In this document: piece by piece, positions 50,840-62,013 of the stretch
How positions within the stretch are numbered: the stretch's first letter is position 1
Layout of the letters: each line of letters opens with the position of its first letter
Assembly (NCBI GenBank): GCA_051362555.1
Contig: CM120641.1
Span: forward strand, 13,454,001-13,518,000
Origin: Lingula anatina
Taxonomy: Eukaryota > Animalia > Brachiopoda
DNA: 64,000 nucleotides
Direction: 5' to 3'
Position numbers and translations under genes: made by a program
Notes under the pieces: model-generated
Told to the model about the DNA's origin: nothing
The model's database searches: none
The model's input: the letters and a program-made list of their open reading frames with translations, nothing else

Positions 50840-53800
50840 TTAGTCATCCCCAGCAGGAGATTTTTCACCATTTTCTTGAGGGGGTGGCGACTTTGATTTA
50901 CTCCTGGATGCCGACTTAGCGTGGCTGGCACTGCGGGAACGGCTACGAGGGGATCTGGACCTGCTGCGGCTTTTGCTTCGGCTCTTACTGCGTGGGGATC
51001 TCGACCTGGAGCGGGACCTGGATCTGGACTTGGAACGGCTTCTGCTTCGACTGTGTGAGCGTGACCTCGACCTACTGTTAGAATGACTGGAATTAATCAA
51101 GGTTTCTAAAAAGTTAATACAACTGTTTAAATAAAAGATGTGCATCGTTCCAAAGACTACCTTAAATATCCTTCCATCAAACTCATGGGGGCAAATTAGT
51201 TCCAAAATATAATTTAAAACATTAACAGGGTTGTTGTTGCATTCAACTTTACACCAAAGTGGGTAAATATACAAACTTAACAGAAACAAAGCAACAAAAC
51301 TAAAATGTAAAAACATATTTAGCTAATAACTTGGCATGTCGACTTTCTTTTAGTCTTACAAGAAACTACTGTCAAACTAGTATGGTGGTTTATATAATAT
51401 ATGCATTACTAGGAATCCACACTTGCTTTTTATGTAATTTTAATGCAATTGTTACCTTCTCCTCCTACTACTCCTAGACTTATCTTCTACAAGCTTTATG
51501 CGCCTGCCATTCAAATCTGTGTCATCAAGTTTGTCAAGAGCATTCTTCAAGTCTGAATAGGTAGCAAACTCCACAACCCTGAAAGAATAATTTTTCATAG
51601 CAAAAATAAGCAATAAAAGGTGGCATTTCTTTAATTATAATATTTATCCAATTTTACATGTATTTTTGATACATACAAAATTTATTGCGAGAGTTCCAAG
51701 AATCAATCATCCTAGTTTAAGTTACCATAATGCCTTGCAGGATTGTAAACTTGATACTAAATCTATGATAGCAAAATGAGAAAGGTTTTCCTTCAAAATT
51801 CAGCAATGTTAAGTTGGTAATTTATTCCATGAAAGAGAGAGATAGCCCTTTGGAACTGCGTATTTATAACAATTTTTCAGAAATGTTTTACAAACCAGCA
51901 TTTTTTTAAATTTTAAGTTCCTTTTGGAGTTTTTTTTAAAGTTTTTGTAAACATTTAATATCTTAGCATTCCATTTTATTACAAATACAATATTTAAACA
52001 TTGTGTAACTAACCTTGGGGTTGAGATTTAAATGAATTAATTATTATATTAAACATGTAGTAACTTGAACACCACAAGATTTAAAACCAACATACCCTTC
52101 ATTTTTCCTCTGCTTATGCGCATCTGCATAAGTAACTTCTCCAGCCTGTCTCATGTAGTCTTTAAGGTCCTTAAAGTAGAAGATCCCACGGTAAGAAATT
52201 TTAAATATACTTAATAATCAACTAGAATAGCAAACAGAGCAAAATATTTTAAGTGACACCTACACATCACTGTCATCTTCCATCGGAGCACCTTGCAGAT
52301 AATACACCCCACCCACTTATTTAAAAATTACAGTGACTTCCAGTCAAAAGTTATCACAGCTCCTTGCTGACCAACGTATTCATTCAACATAGGATAAGAT
52401 TTTTAAATTTTGCTCAAAATTATCATTGACTTTACCTCTCCTTTTGAACTGAAACTTTTGGCATCATGGCCCAAGAAAAGTGCCCCATATGGTTTGGAAA
52501 GGTTTAGTGGTATGAGTGCACCCAGTGAGCAAGACCTGACAGAGGATGGTCCACCTTTTCACAATCCCTCTTTCTCGTCTACTGGATGCTCATCTACACT
52601 TTCTTTCAAAGAGCCTCCTTTTTGCTAGAGATGCCAGCCCAAAATAGGAAGAGATCACATCATCACTGGGACCTTCGGTTTTAATTTGTTTGACCTCAAT
52701 CACATTGAAGATTGTGATGCCCTGAACCTAGCAGACTCAACTTTCCAATGACGAAAGTTGAGCCGGACAGGCAAGTGCTTTATTTTCTCAGCAGCCTTAC
52801 AGCCAGCCTTAGAGCTTGGATACAAGGAGAGCTCCTCCAGGAGGAAGTGTGAACCCTTAGAGCTTTCTTTTTTTCACACATGCCCGTCAGCCAGTGAGCG
52901 GATGGGGACCCAGTATGGAGTAGAATAGCACCTCAGCTGAATAAACTGACCACAAACAGTGGGTGGAAGGGTGGTGGATTGATAGACCCATATTGAGATA
53001 ACTTCTGCCAGACACCTCATCAAGCCTCACCTGATTCGCAAGTCCAGCTTAAGGAAATGAAGATAACATACGTTTAACAATGTAACAACAAGGCAGCACC
53101 AGTCAGGTATCATGAGAGAAAGAGCCAAGCGCGAAGAATAACTAAGCTAAAATATGCATGCGTGAAAAATCTTTACCCCCTCTACAATTTGCATAGCTTT
53201 ATGCCTTGGCCAAGCAAGTGAAACCCAAATAATATTTAATCATTTTGCTCCCCCCCCCCCTTTATTTGACCACAACACCGAATTTTAATTGACTTAATGT
53301 TAGCAAAGCAGAAGCAATATTATGCAGATGAAGAAATTTCTGAATTAGTCAACAGACAAGAGATCTGTATTTTTAATAGAAATTCTTCACCCACTGTTGA
53401 AAAGATTACAGACTAGTTTTAGTGCTTCCTTAGCAGAGGTTTCAACATACAGAAAGTCCAAAATCAAAAACATCACTTTTGACAGACATGCAAGACTGTG
53501 CTCTTGCTTTAACAGTTCTACCCCATTTTTTCCCAAAAAAATGTCATGTCAAATTTTCTCTTAAAAAGGAAGCTGCAAAACAGACTGTCTGATACTAACT
53601 GGTGCTGATGAAATACAGTATATTACAAAACAGAAACTTGGTTTACCTGCCAGCTGACCCTTGAGGACAGGTTTTCCACCACCAACCTGTACTCGGTTCT
53701 TGTTGGAGGTCCATACCTGATAAAGCAGATGTGAAAACAACATGTTATGCTTTAAATACAAACTAAAAACATACCTCAACCTTCCATTGAGACATGTACA

Positions 53801-55946
53801 AAATTAACCCCTTTAAATTTCTGATGTTCAGTTAAGTTGGGATAAGTCTTCCTCACTATCATTCAGACCCGAAAGATTAGCTCATCATTACACCAGATAC
53901 TTTCTTATCTGCATTTTCTCATCCTTGCAACAATAAATATTTTGTACTTTTCCAATTTAATAATTACATCAGTAAATGACATTGTAAATGCCCTTTCTCC
54001 TACAGTTCTCATTCATTTAGTCACATTTTTAACATGACCTCTATTAATATTGCTAAAGCAGTGTTTTTTGTTTTTTTAGAAAACTTCCAAAATGATTTTG
54101 CACTAACTACACAATTTGGTGGTGGAGAGCACGCGTTTAACAGTTGAAAATGTGTCTGTCATGAACAGGAACAATCATAACAACACATGGTCACAAAGCC
54201 CAAAATGAATCACTGCTGTCATTAAATATCATGTAGATTTTCCAGGCCAGGATAATTTTTGGAAAAAAAAATTCCCCCTTTTCAAATTCGATTTCTGTGA
54301 AAGGCATATTTTTGTAGTAAAACTCACCTGTTAGACTGGTTCCGGGAGTTACCATGCGAAGAACTGAAAGCAAAAATTTGCATGATATACTCCCGATTTC
54401 TTATGTAAAAATTTAATAAAACGCCAATTTATGGCTTAAAACTTTGCATGTGAGAAAGAAAAAAATTCCAAAATTGGGCTTCTGATCAAAGCTGGAAATG
54501 CCTTAATGAGGTGTTTTTTGCCTTCCCCATTCTCCTGGCCTGGATACTACAATGGAAGATTCATTTGGGCATGCAAACAATGTCTTGTCAGGTCACATTC
54601 CTGTCATCAATGACCCAGCTTGATGCTGACACCATGCATTCTACTTTGGCTTACTTGTCACGGCCTCCACTTCCTCTACTGCGACGTGAAGGCATTTGAT
54701 AGCCACGGTCTCGAGAACGCCTCAAATCCTCACCTCTTGGGACGCCTCTAGCATGCTCAAGCATCACTCTGGAATTCAACAACAAAGATCTAGCATGAAC
54801 AATTCATCCAAGATAACCAAAACCCTTACTTGTCAATCCAACTGGGTCTCCTTGATCGATATCCTCCATCTCGTCCACCCCCACCTCCACTGCCACCCCC
54901 ACGGCGCATTGGCCCGCGTGCATGCTCAACAATTACCCTAGAAAAAAACAAACTGCATAACAACACCCCATTTTACATACCAGGTGCTAGGTAGCTGACA
55001 GTTTACTTACATCTGTTGACAAAAGGCACCATTTTCCAACCTCATCTGTTTACAGGACTTATTTCTATTCAGATTTTTTTCTAGGTCTGTTTAACATTGA
55101 TACTGTTTTATCTTTAACAAAGAGTCCACAAAGTGTCTTGCTCCTTGCAAATTTCTTAACTGCATTCTCCCTCAAATCGGATACTTGACATAAATGATAA
55201 TGCAACATCCAGGTTTGGGCAGAAAAGGAGAAAAACCCTGAAGTCTCCATCTTCCACAGCACACATCCAAACCTTTTCTTAGTAGGCATTACATTCTGAA
55301 AATCTGTAATAAAGCTCAAACATGTTTCAATCTAACTTACTGTAGTACTTATTATAACAATAATCACTTAAATTACCAGCTGTAAGAAATAATATCCAAC
55401 TCAACATGACAAAAACTTCTGCTTGTTGCTAGTTACCTTTCACCACACAAATCTTTTCCGTTGAGTTCATAAACTGCATCATCAGCATCTCTGTAATCGT
55501 CGAATTCCTAAAAAAAAAATTAAAAAAGAAACTGACAATATAGGTACCATCTCAAAATTTACATTAACTTTAGAACAACTCATTTCTCTCAAAAACTCAT
55601 TTCTCTAAAAATACAAAAAATCAGCAAGACATTTTACTGAATATATAAGGGTAGAAACTGACAATATAGGTACCATCTCAAAATTTACATTAACTTTAGA
55701 ACAACTCATTTCTCTCAAAAACTCATTTCTCTAAAAATACAAAAAATCAGCAAGACATTCTACTGAATATATAAGGGTAGGCTGAGTTATGTGATTGGAT
55801 GTTATAAATAGAAAAATACTAACCACAAATCCATAACCATTTTTCAGCATTACATCTCGTATTCTTCCATATCCTTTAAAAAACCTCTCCACATCTCTTT
55901 CTCTAGCATTGTAAGATAGACGTCCTATGTACACTCTGGTGCCCAT
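50840..55946 (-). CDS. SRSF4: Serine/arginine-rich splicing factor of the SRSF4/5/6 (B52/SRp55) group
   Basis: Exons: 55946-55824 ([17 protein letters not shown]), 55507-55437 ([18 protein letters not shown]), 54937-54830 or 54768-54655, 53716-53647 ([23 protein letters not shown]), 52169-52096 ([19 protein letters not shown]), 51578-51456, 51086-50840 (RS domain). A non-coding first exon is likely near 56563-56640. Probably co-orthologous to SRSF4/5/6, so the symbol is nominal. Confidence 0.95.
53031..53047 (-). other. Candidate 17-nt frameshifting (poison) microexon
   Basis: gttatcttcatttccttaag|CTGGACTTGCGAATCAG|gtgagg, inside the intron that splits SWQ|DLKD. Confidence 0.5.
53820..53897 (-). 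ncRNA. Intronic C/D box snoRNA, SNORD2/snR39B-like D' guide, copy 1
   Basis: tctggtgta-ATGATGA-gctaatctttcgggt-CTGA-atgatag-TGAGGA-agacttatcccaacttaa-CTGA-acatcaga. Has a terminal stem and lies about 100 nt upstream of the acceptor. The D' guide is complementary to conserved 28S ACCCGAAAGAU, with the +5 base on the G. Confidence 0.88.
54328..54363 (-). CDS. Candidate 36-nt in-frame cassette exon of the SR gene ([12 protein letters not shown])
   Basis: atttttgctttcag|TTCTTCGCATGGTAACTCCCGGAACCAGTCTAACAG|gtgagt. Strong splice sites, phase 2-2, no stop. Confidence 0.65.
54655..54768 (-). CDS. SR gene alternative exon B ([39 protein letters not shown])
   Basis: 114 nt, ccag|...GACAA|gtaagc, phase 2-2, paralogous to exon A. 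Confidence 0.85.
54830..54937 (-). CDS. SR gene alternative exon A ([37 protein letters not shown])
   Basis: 108 nt, ttctag|...GACAA|gtaagg, phase 2-2. Confidence 0.88.
55527..55780. repeat. Near-identical 126-bp tandem duplication in an SR gene intron
   Basis: agaaactgacaatataggtacc... starts at 55527 and 55653; one mismatch seen. Confidence 0.9.
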
Positions 55947-56072
55947 TTTTCTAAAATGACAAAACTAAAATATACAACATTTATTTAAGAAGCGTACTAC
56001 CCTACACATTGTCTCTTTATCTCAACATTCTTAAGAATAAATAGCCTTTCTAAATCTCAACCTAATGTCATA

Positions 56073-56151
56073 TCTGGTGCTCAGTTAAGTTGGGATTGGT
56101 CTTCCTCAGAAATATTTCAGACCCGAAAGATTAGCTCATCATAACACCAGA
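56073..56151 (-). ncRNA. Intronic C/D box snoRNA, copy 2 (5'UTR intron)
   Basis: tctggtgtt-ATGATGA-gctaatctttcgggt-CTGA-aatatttc-TGAGGA-agaccaatcccaacttaa-CTGA-gcaccaga. Boxes and both guides match copy 1; the spacer has diverged. Confidence 0.88.
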
Positions 56152-56247
56152 CAATTAATTTTAAATAGTAATCCCCACCTTTTCTATTTTCATGATTTAA
56201 AAAGAACCATTTAACTCTTTTTGTTGACTAACAATATAGGTTTTAAC

Positions 56248-56389
56248 GGGGGCGTCTCGATAGTCCGAAGGTTCATTGGTCCGAAAAGTGGTAACATTTT
56301 CATCGATTTTTTAATCAAAGGTTCATTGGTCCGAAGGTTCTATAGTGAACATTCGGACCAATGAACCTTCGGACTATCGCTACGGCCCC
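56248..56389. mobile_element. MITE with 9-bp target duplication (Mutator/Merlin-like)
   Basis: TIR gggg.cgt..cgatagtccgaaggttcattggtccgaa / ttcggaccaatgaaccttcggactatcg..acggcccc, flanked by ggttttaac on both sides. Confidence 0.8.
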
Positions 56390-57443
56390 GGTTTTAACAT
56401 TCAAAAATAGATGATTTGGAATCATTTAATTAAGTTTAGCGCATGAATCTTATTGAAAACCGAACTTCTCTAAAAACACGTAGACGAAATTAAGAACCAG
56501 CCATGACTTATCTAAAAATAAGACTGCATACGCATTTACAAAGACGAACATGATAAAATAACCTCAACATCTTTTTCACATTTATCGTTCAGAGAGCGTG
56601 GTTTTCGCATCCGCCAAAATTTCGTCCAAACTAAGCGGCTTTAAAGCATTGTTTTCTTCCTGTGCAACAAATAATGTGTCCCGTATTCATAAAAATCTGG
56701 AACTTTAAGCTCTGATGAAACAACATGGTAGATGTTATCATTCTGGTAGTTGCTTCACAGAATATAATATTTCGAAAGAAAGTTTACCTGTATCACTGTC
56801 TCACTCAAACCTCTCACAAAAATGGCTCCTGCTACGGGGTTCGCATCACGTGAGGAAAGGGGTTCCCAAGCTGAGACAGGACTGTTACGCAGCAGGTTTT
56901 CGCTTTCCTTGCATCTTTGCACATAAAATTTGTATCTTATTTATTCCGAAAACCTTTAGAAAACGGTCTTTCATAGTTCATATCAACGCCTTCTTATGGT
57001 TTTCATTTTTTTCAGAAATAAAACCTTTCAACGTCCTTTGAGCTGCCATCTGGTGACAATCTTGACAGCCATGTGACTGTAGCACAAGGCGATTTCAGTG
57101 TGCTTGTTGAGATGAAGCACATTCCCAAATTGCGGCACGATTGCTTTTAAGAAGAACGATTGGTCATGTCACGCGTTCTTTTGGCACCCTTTTCAAGATT
57201 AACAGCACATCTTATTTGGAAATGTATATTAAATACTCTTCAAAGTGCTAAATATTACCGTTAGTATCAATCCTTTTCACAACAAGGAGATAGAACGGGT
57301 GATAGAAACAGGAGAGTATGTTTATCTTGGGCAAAGATTCAGCTTCAATTAACAAAACACTGGAGAGTCTAAATTTAGACTAAAAAAATAAATGCAGGAT
57401 GAGAGGCATTCACACAAGACCATGTTCAAGACTACCCTCCCTA

Positions 57444-57549
57444 CTAGCACAAAATCCATGCGTAAGCACTCCTATTGTCGATTTTGATATGAACGCTGCC
57501 ATATCGTCAATAGGCAGAATAGGAGTGCAAACGTACGGATTTCGTGCTA
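57444..57549. mobile_element. Small palindromic MITE inserted in the LINE
   Basis: tagcacaaaatcc..gcactcctatt / aataggagtgc..ggatttcgtgcta. Confidence 0.6.
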
Positions 57550-57759
57550 CTTTCCTCCTGCATGAAAAGTGTTCAATACATTGCCAGCTATCACCTATGG
57601 TTCTGAGACATGGGCAATGAATGCATCCATAGAACAAACGATACAAGCAGCACAGAGAAAGACGGAAAGAAGTATGTTGACATCAGGCTAAGAGATGGGA
57701 AGATCATGAAGATAAAATGGATAAGAGAACAGATCAAAGTGAAGTATGTGCTACTTAGG

Positions 57760-58000
57760 ACTGGGTTCCCATACTTAGATCGATCCACCTGGATCGACCT
57801 AACTCCCTGGGGGTTCACGCTAAATTGCTATCAGCTCAAGAGGCTTAAATGTCTGTCACGCCTACCGAATCAGCTAGGGTAAAGATAATCACCCCCTAAC
57901 TGCTTTACTAGGCATGACAGACATTTAAGCCAGCCAAGTTGACAACAATTTGGTGAGACTCCCATGGGAGATAGATCGATCTATTTTGGGAATGGTCTCT
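57760..58000. mobile_element. MITE inserted in the LINE
   Basis: ttccca...tagatcgatc / gatcgatcta...tgggaa termini and an internal inverted pair ggcttaaatgtctgtca / tgacagacatttaagcc. Confidence 0.6.
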
Positions 58001-59789
58001 ATAATTAAAGAAATTAAATGGAAATGGACAGGGCATCTCAATATAGAATCAAGCATGACAGAAAGGCAACAATGTTGACAAGATGTGGACATAATAAACC
58101 TGGGAAGCCTTGTAAGAGATGAAGAGATGGAGGGATGAGTTAAATGAGTGCTGGAAGAACACAATTGGAAGCCTGAAGCCCCAGACAGAATACACTAGAA
58201 GCATACTTAGGTCATTGTCCAACAGTGGAACAAGTTAGGCTCTGAATGAATAACATTAAAATGGTAGTGCTAGCAGATTTTTGCATTAATATAATGCATG
58301 TATGGATGCCCATGATGGCTTTCAAACTCTGCAGTATTATTTGAAAATTTTTCATTTTTTCATTTTTGACAACACTTTTATTAAGTTAATTAGCACTGAG
58401 TACACCAAACATATTGCACTTGAAATACATCTTATCTAACTGACCACATTGGTTACATTAAATCACTCCCAGTTCCAATCGTTCTATCTTGATTTCGACT
58501 TCTGGCATAAGAACTGGTAGCATGGGTAATATCATTGATGAAAAGATCACTTTCACACCATTTTGTATTGATCCAAGTATTTGTTTATATATTTCCATGC
58601 TTATCTTGGAGCACCAGCTTCATTTACCTCCAGGCTGTTCTTTTAAAGCAAAGTTATAAGTTACTTGACCTCTTCCACAGTTTTAACCTTGTACAACTCT
58701 GAAATATTCACGTCTCCTGTGCTATGTACCATAGTTTCCAATGATTTGATCAAATACACTAATCCAAGCTGAGTCTCACACTGAGTATTTACAAACAATT
58801 AAATATTATGTAAGTATTTTGTGCCATAGTGGTTTGGGTTTATAGAGAAAAACAACATATGATCTCCAAAGCAAAAAATCACAGAACACTTAAAATTCAC
58901 ATAAACATTACATACATTTTACAATGAACACATTTGTGTAGGTATATAAAAGCAGTTTTTGCAACTGTAAAAAGCTCAAATATGTACAAAAAGGTCCTAA
59001 TTAAATCTGGTACTACCATCACAATATCATAATGCTACAGCTATGCACATGAGCCCTGTCATAAATACTACTTGATATCAAATACAAATACTTTAAACAG
59101 CAAATCAACAAAGAACAGGCTGGTTGATATATAGTTTTTAAAAGTACTGTTATCATACAATGTCAATAAAAAATCAAATGTCCATCAAGGAGCCAATAAA
59201 AATTTGGCAGATAAAATGTCGGATGATCTAAAGTGTGTATATAAAACATAAGCCTACAGCTCTTAAATTTATTATAAAAGTGACAACATCAGCTAGAATC
59301 CTGAAATGAGTAAGAGAACACAAAATACAGAGAATATGACTCTGGCATCAAATACTGGATTTGATACATATGGGCTACTATTTCATTGGAAACATTTTCC
59401 CAACTACTACTGGTTTATATTTAATCTACAATGGAATTTGCTTGAAAAACTTAATAGCCTGTATCATAAAGACAATTGGAATATCAAAACAAGCTTTATT
59501 TTCTGCAAGTTTAGATCAGTGGAGTTAAAAACTGGCAATTATTCAGTACATTTGGATGTTTGGCACTAAAGTTGCAGTCCACCACTTATTTTAATCAGTT
59601 TTAATATCTCCACAGTTCCAATGGCCATGACAAGTTTAACATGATATGATACAAAAGGCAGACATGTATTACACTAAGAACTACAGATAAGTAAAAGCCA
59701 TGATATCATTTTGAGGTCTGCCACACAGGTCCTTTGTAATCTTGGAGTTGTTCTCACTGCCAGCATCTTGGATCTTGATCTGTCCATTT

Positions 59790-62013
59790 CTAGGTTGGAC
59801 ATAGGACTAAAAAGATACATTAATTTCTGAGTCAAAGAGTCACTTAAAATCAATTTTACAATCGCTGCAGTTGTAACTAAAACTGGTCTTTGCAGTTAGA
59901 CCAGAATAAATTTTTACAACAAAGAGTACTTTAACTCTCAAAAGGTATCATATACCAAATTAAAGTGTAAAAAAAAAAAGAAAAAATCTCATGTTAAATG
60001 CTTTTGAAACAGAGTTTAGAAATGCTTTTCGATTGTACACTTTTGAGGCCACTTTTTTTCTTAGTGGCGTATACCAAGTTTTAGTTAGCATTAATTTCTA
60101 ATACATAAACATTGAGTAAAATACAATTTTTAAGCAAGGGTAATAATTTAATTTGTCTTTAAGCATGCAACATGCCCTTTACATTCTTAGGTTTATGTCA
60201 TTTACCTTTAAGTATGTAATCTGTCAGTAGGCCTGGAACTGCAGGACCATCTTCTAAGATAGCTTGTAGTACTGAAATTACACACGTGGCATTTTAAAAT
60301 GGGTTTTATAAGTAAGGCTTCGTTCACATGGAAAGTCTATTTTCTAAAAATCTATTTTCTATTAGCGGTATATCTTGTGATCATGGTCTGTGCCCTGAAT
60401 ATCCCGCAGCGTAATTACTATCAGCGCAAGCCAGTTACTATAAGTTACTGTAAGAAACTGGCTCGCGCTGCCAGTAATTACGCCGCAGGATATTCAGGGC
60501 ACAGACCATGATCATAAGATACCGCGAATAGAAAATAGATTTTTAGAAAATAGACTTTCCATCTGAACGAAGCCCAAGTCTACTTTTAGTGGTTCTCTGG
60601 AGTGCATTTGAAACTACACAATCTAATTTGCCAGCACTAAAGCAATTATCACACGTTTTGGTAGAATATAAAATTTTCCTTACTTGACAGAGGTAAATTT
60701 AGGGTATATAATTATAGCTTCAAATTAGATAATAACCAAATAAAGAGTCCATTTACATTTTATGTAGATTTGGAGTTGTTCATTGGTGGGTGTTCCCATT
60801 CCTGCATGGTAAGGGACAATGGTCGTCAAGTACTGAAACACATGGTGATTTAAAATAATTAATTACTCATATATATATACATGGAAATGAGTCCTTTTAC
60901 CTGCATGTATCCAGGTCAAGTAATATGTGCAAGTGAAAACCAAATGGGTGGTTTTATTGGCAACACTAAAGCAAGAGAAAACATGGAGAAACAGGTCCTG
61001 AACAGGTAATATCTGAGATAACCCAAAGTCTTGCAACTTGGCACACAATCAAGCAAGATTTGACTGAATTTGGTGGAGATTAATGTCAGAAATAATGGCA
61101 GACTAATGAGTGCAGTGCAGCAATGAAGAAAAGCTTACAGAATTTATCTGCAGAAAATTTTCTGATTCTCTTCTCTTATTTTTTGTCCATTAACAGTCTA
61201 TTGAACAACAACACACACATTTTGTATGTCACCTTTGTACTACTTTTTAAGATGACATTCTCACTGCATGGAGTTTCACATTATCACTGAGAAGTTAATT
61301 CCACCTCGTGCAGATTCTTTCACTTTTTTTTGTCTTCTATAGTGCAAGACTTGTTTTACCTCAAATGATTTCCGTTAAATAAAAAACGAAACATAGTATA
61401 ATCATTTATTCAAAAAGTAAGTTCCATCAAATAAAAATTAAAGTATAAATATTGCACCATTTTTTCCTTTCTTTCTTTTTCTGTTGTTTGTATTTTTTGT
61501 TTGATGTCAAATTTCTCTTGTGATAAGCATGGATATAAATTTAAACAGCTTATCCCTCATTACATTTTAAAAAATAGTTTTCATTTCTCATTTCAATCAT
61601 GATGAAACACATTTTTAGATGTGACATCTGATTTAAGCTGCAATTAGGTACTTCTCTGAAATATAGGTGCAATCTTATATAATCAACATCAAAATAATAA
61701 CGCAGTGCAAGCAAAAGAAAAAAGGGCTAAAGCGTCGACAGATCACGGTTGCTTACCGCGCCTGGTTCGGCCTCATTATTTCCCTTCACCTTTTTCATAC
61801 TGTTGGCATTTTTCTTTTTTTCTGTCTGGGAGTCTTTCTTCTTTCTCTGAACATTCAAGACCAGTGAAATGAAGGTGTTTTTCAGCTCCTTTTCATATTC
61901 AAGCTCATCTCTTAGTGCAAGCTCATTTATCAGAGTTTCGGAGTAAGTTTTGACTGCACACTCTAGTTCTTCATACAGCTCGTTCAAAGCACCAAGGGAT
62001 AAATTCTTCAATC
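59790..62013 (-). CDS. FEZ2: FEZ1/FEZ2 (UNC-76) family, last four coding exons; 5' part beyond the right edge
   Basis: Exons 62013-61757 (YSETLINELALRDELEYEKELKNTFISLVLNVQ), 60832-60757 (YLTTIVPY), 60271-60206 (LQAILEDGPAVPGLLTDYILK) and 59806-59790 (VLCPT*), matching the FEZ C-terminus LTDYILKVLCPT. The symbol is nominal for a single invertebrate FEZ. Confidence 0.93.
60316..60574. mobile_element. Fully palindromic MITE (Harbinger-like) in a FEZ intron
   Basis: Arms of about 125 bp, ggcttcgttcacatggaaagtctattttct... / ...agaaaatagactttccatctgaacgaagcc; flanks taa / caa. Confidence 0.85.

Larger units (their letters stand above)
57280..58255 (+). mobile_element. 5'-truncated, decayed RTE-clade LINE (RT C-terminal part)
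   Basis: Translation remnants EYVYLGQ, LPAITYGSETW, IRLRD..WIREQIKV and IKEIKWKWTGHL. Interrupted by two inverted-repeat insertions. Confidence 0.8.

Noticed and set aside
51087-51316. Hydrophobic N-terminal half of the 158-aa ORF
   Set aside because: Intronic read-through upstream of the RS-domain exon acceptor.
53873-53881. snoRNA segment GCUAAUCUU complementary to U6 AAGAUUAGC
   Set aside because: Only 9 nt and not adjacent to the D' box, so the +5 rule points to the 28S site instead.
57043-57056. CTCF-like motif (a weaker one at about 63081)
   Set aside because: Single degenerate motif matches are expected by chance in 64 kb; no supporting evidence.
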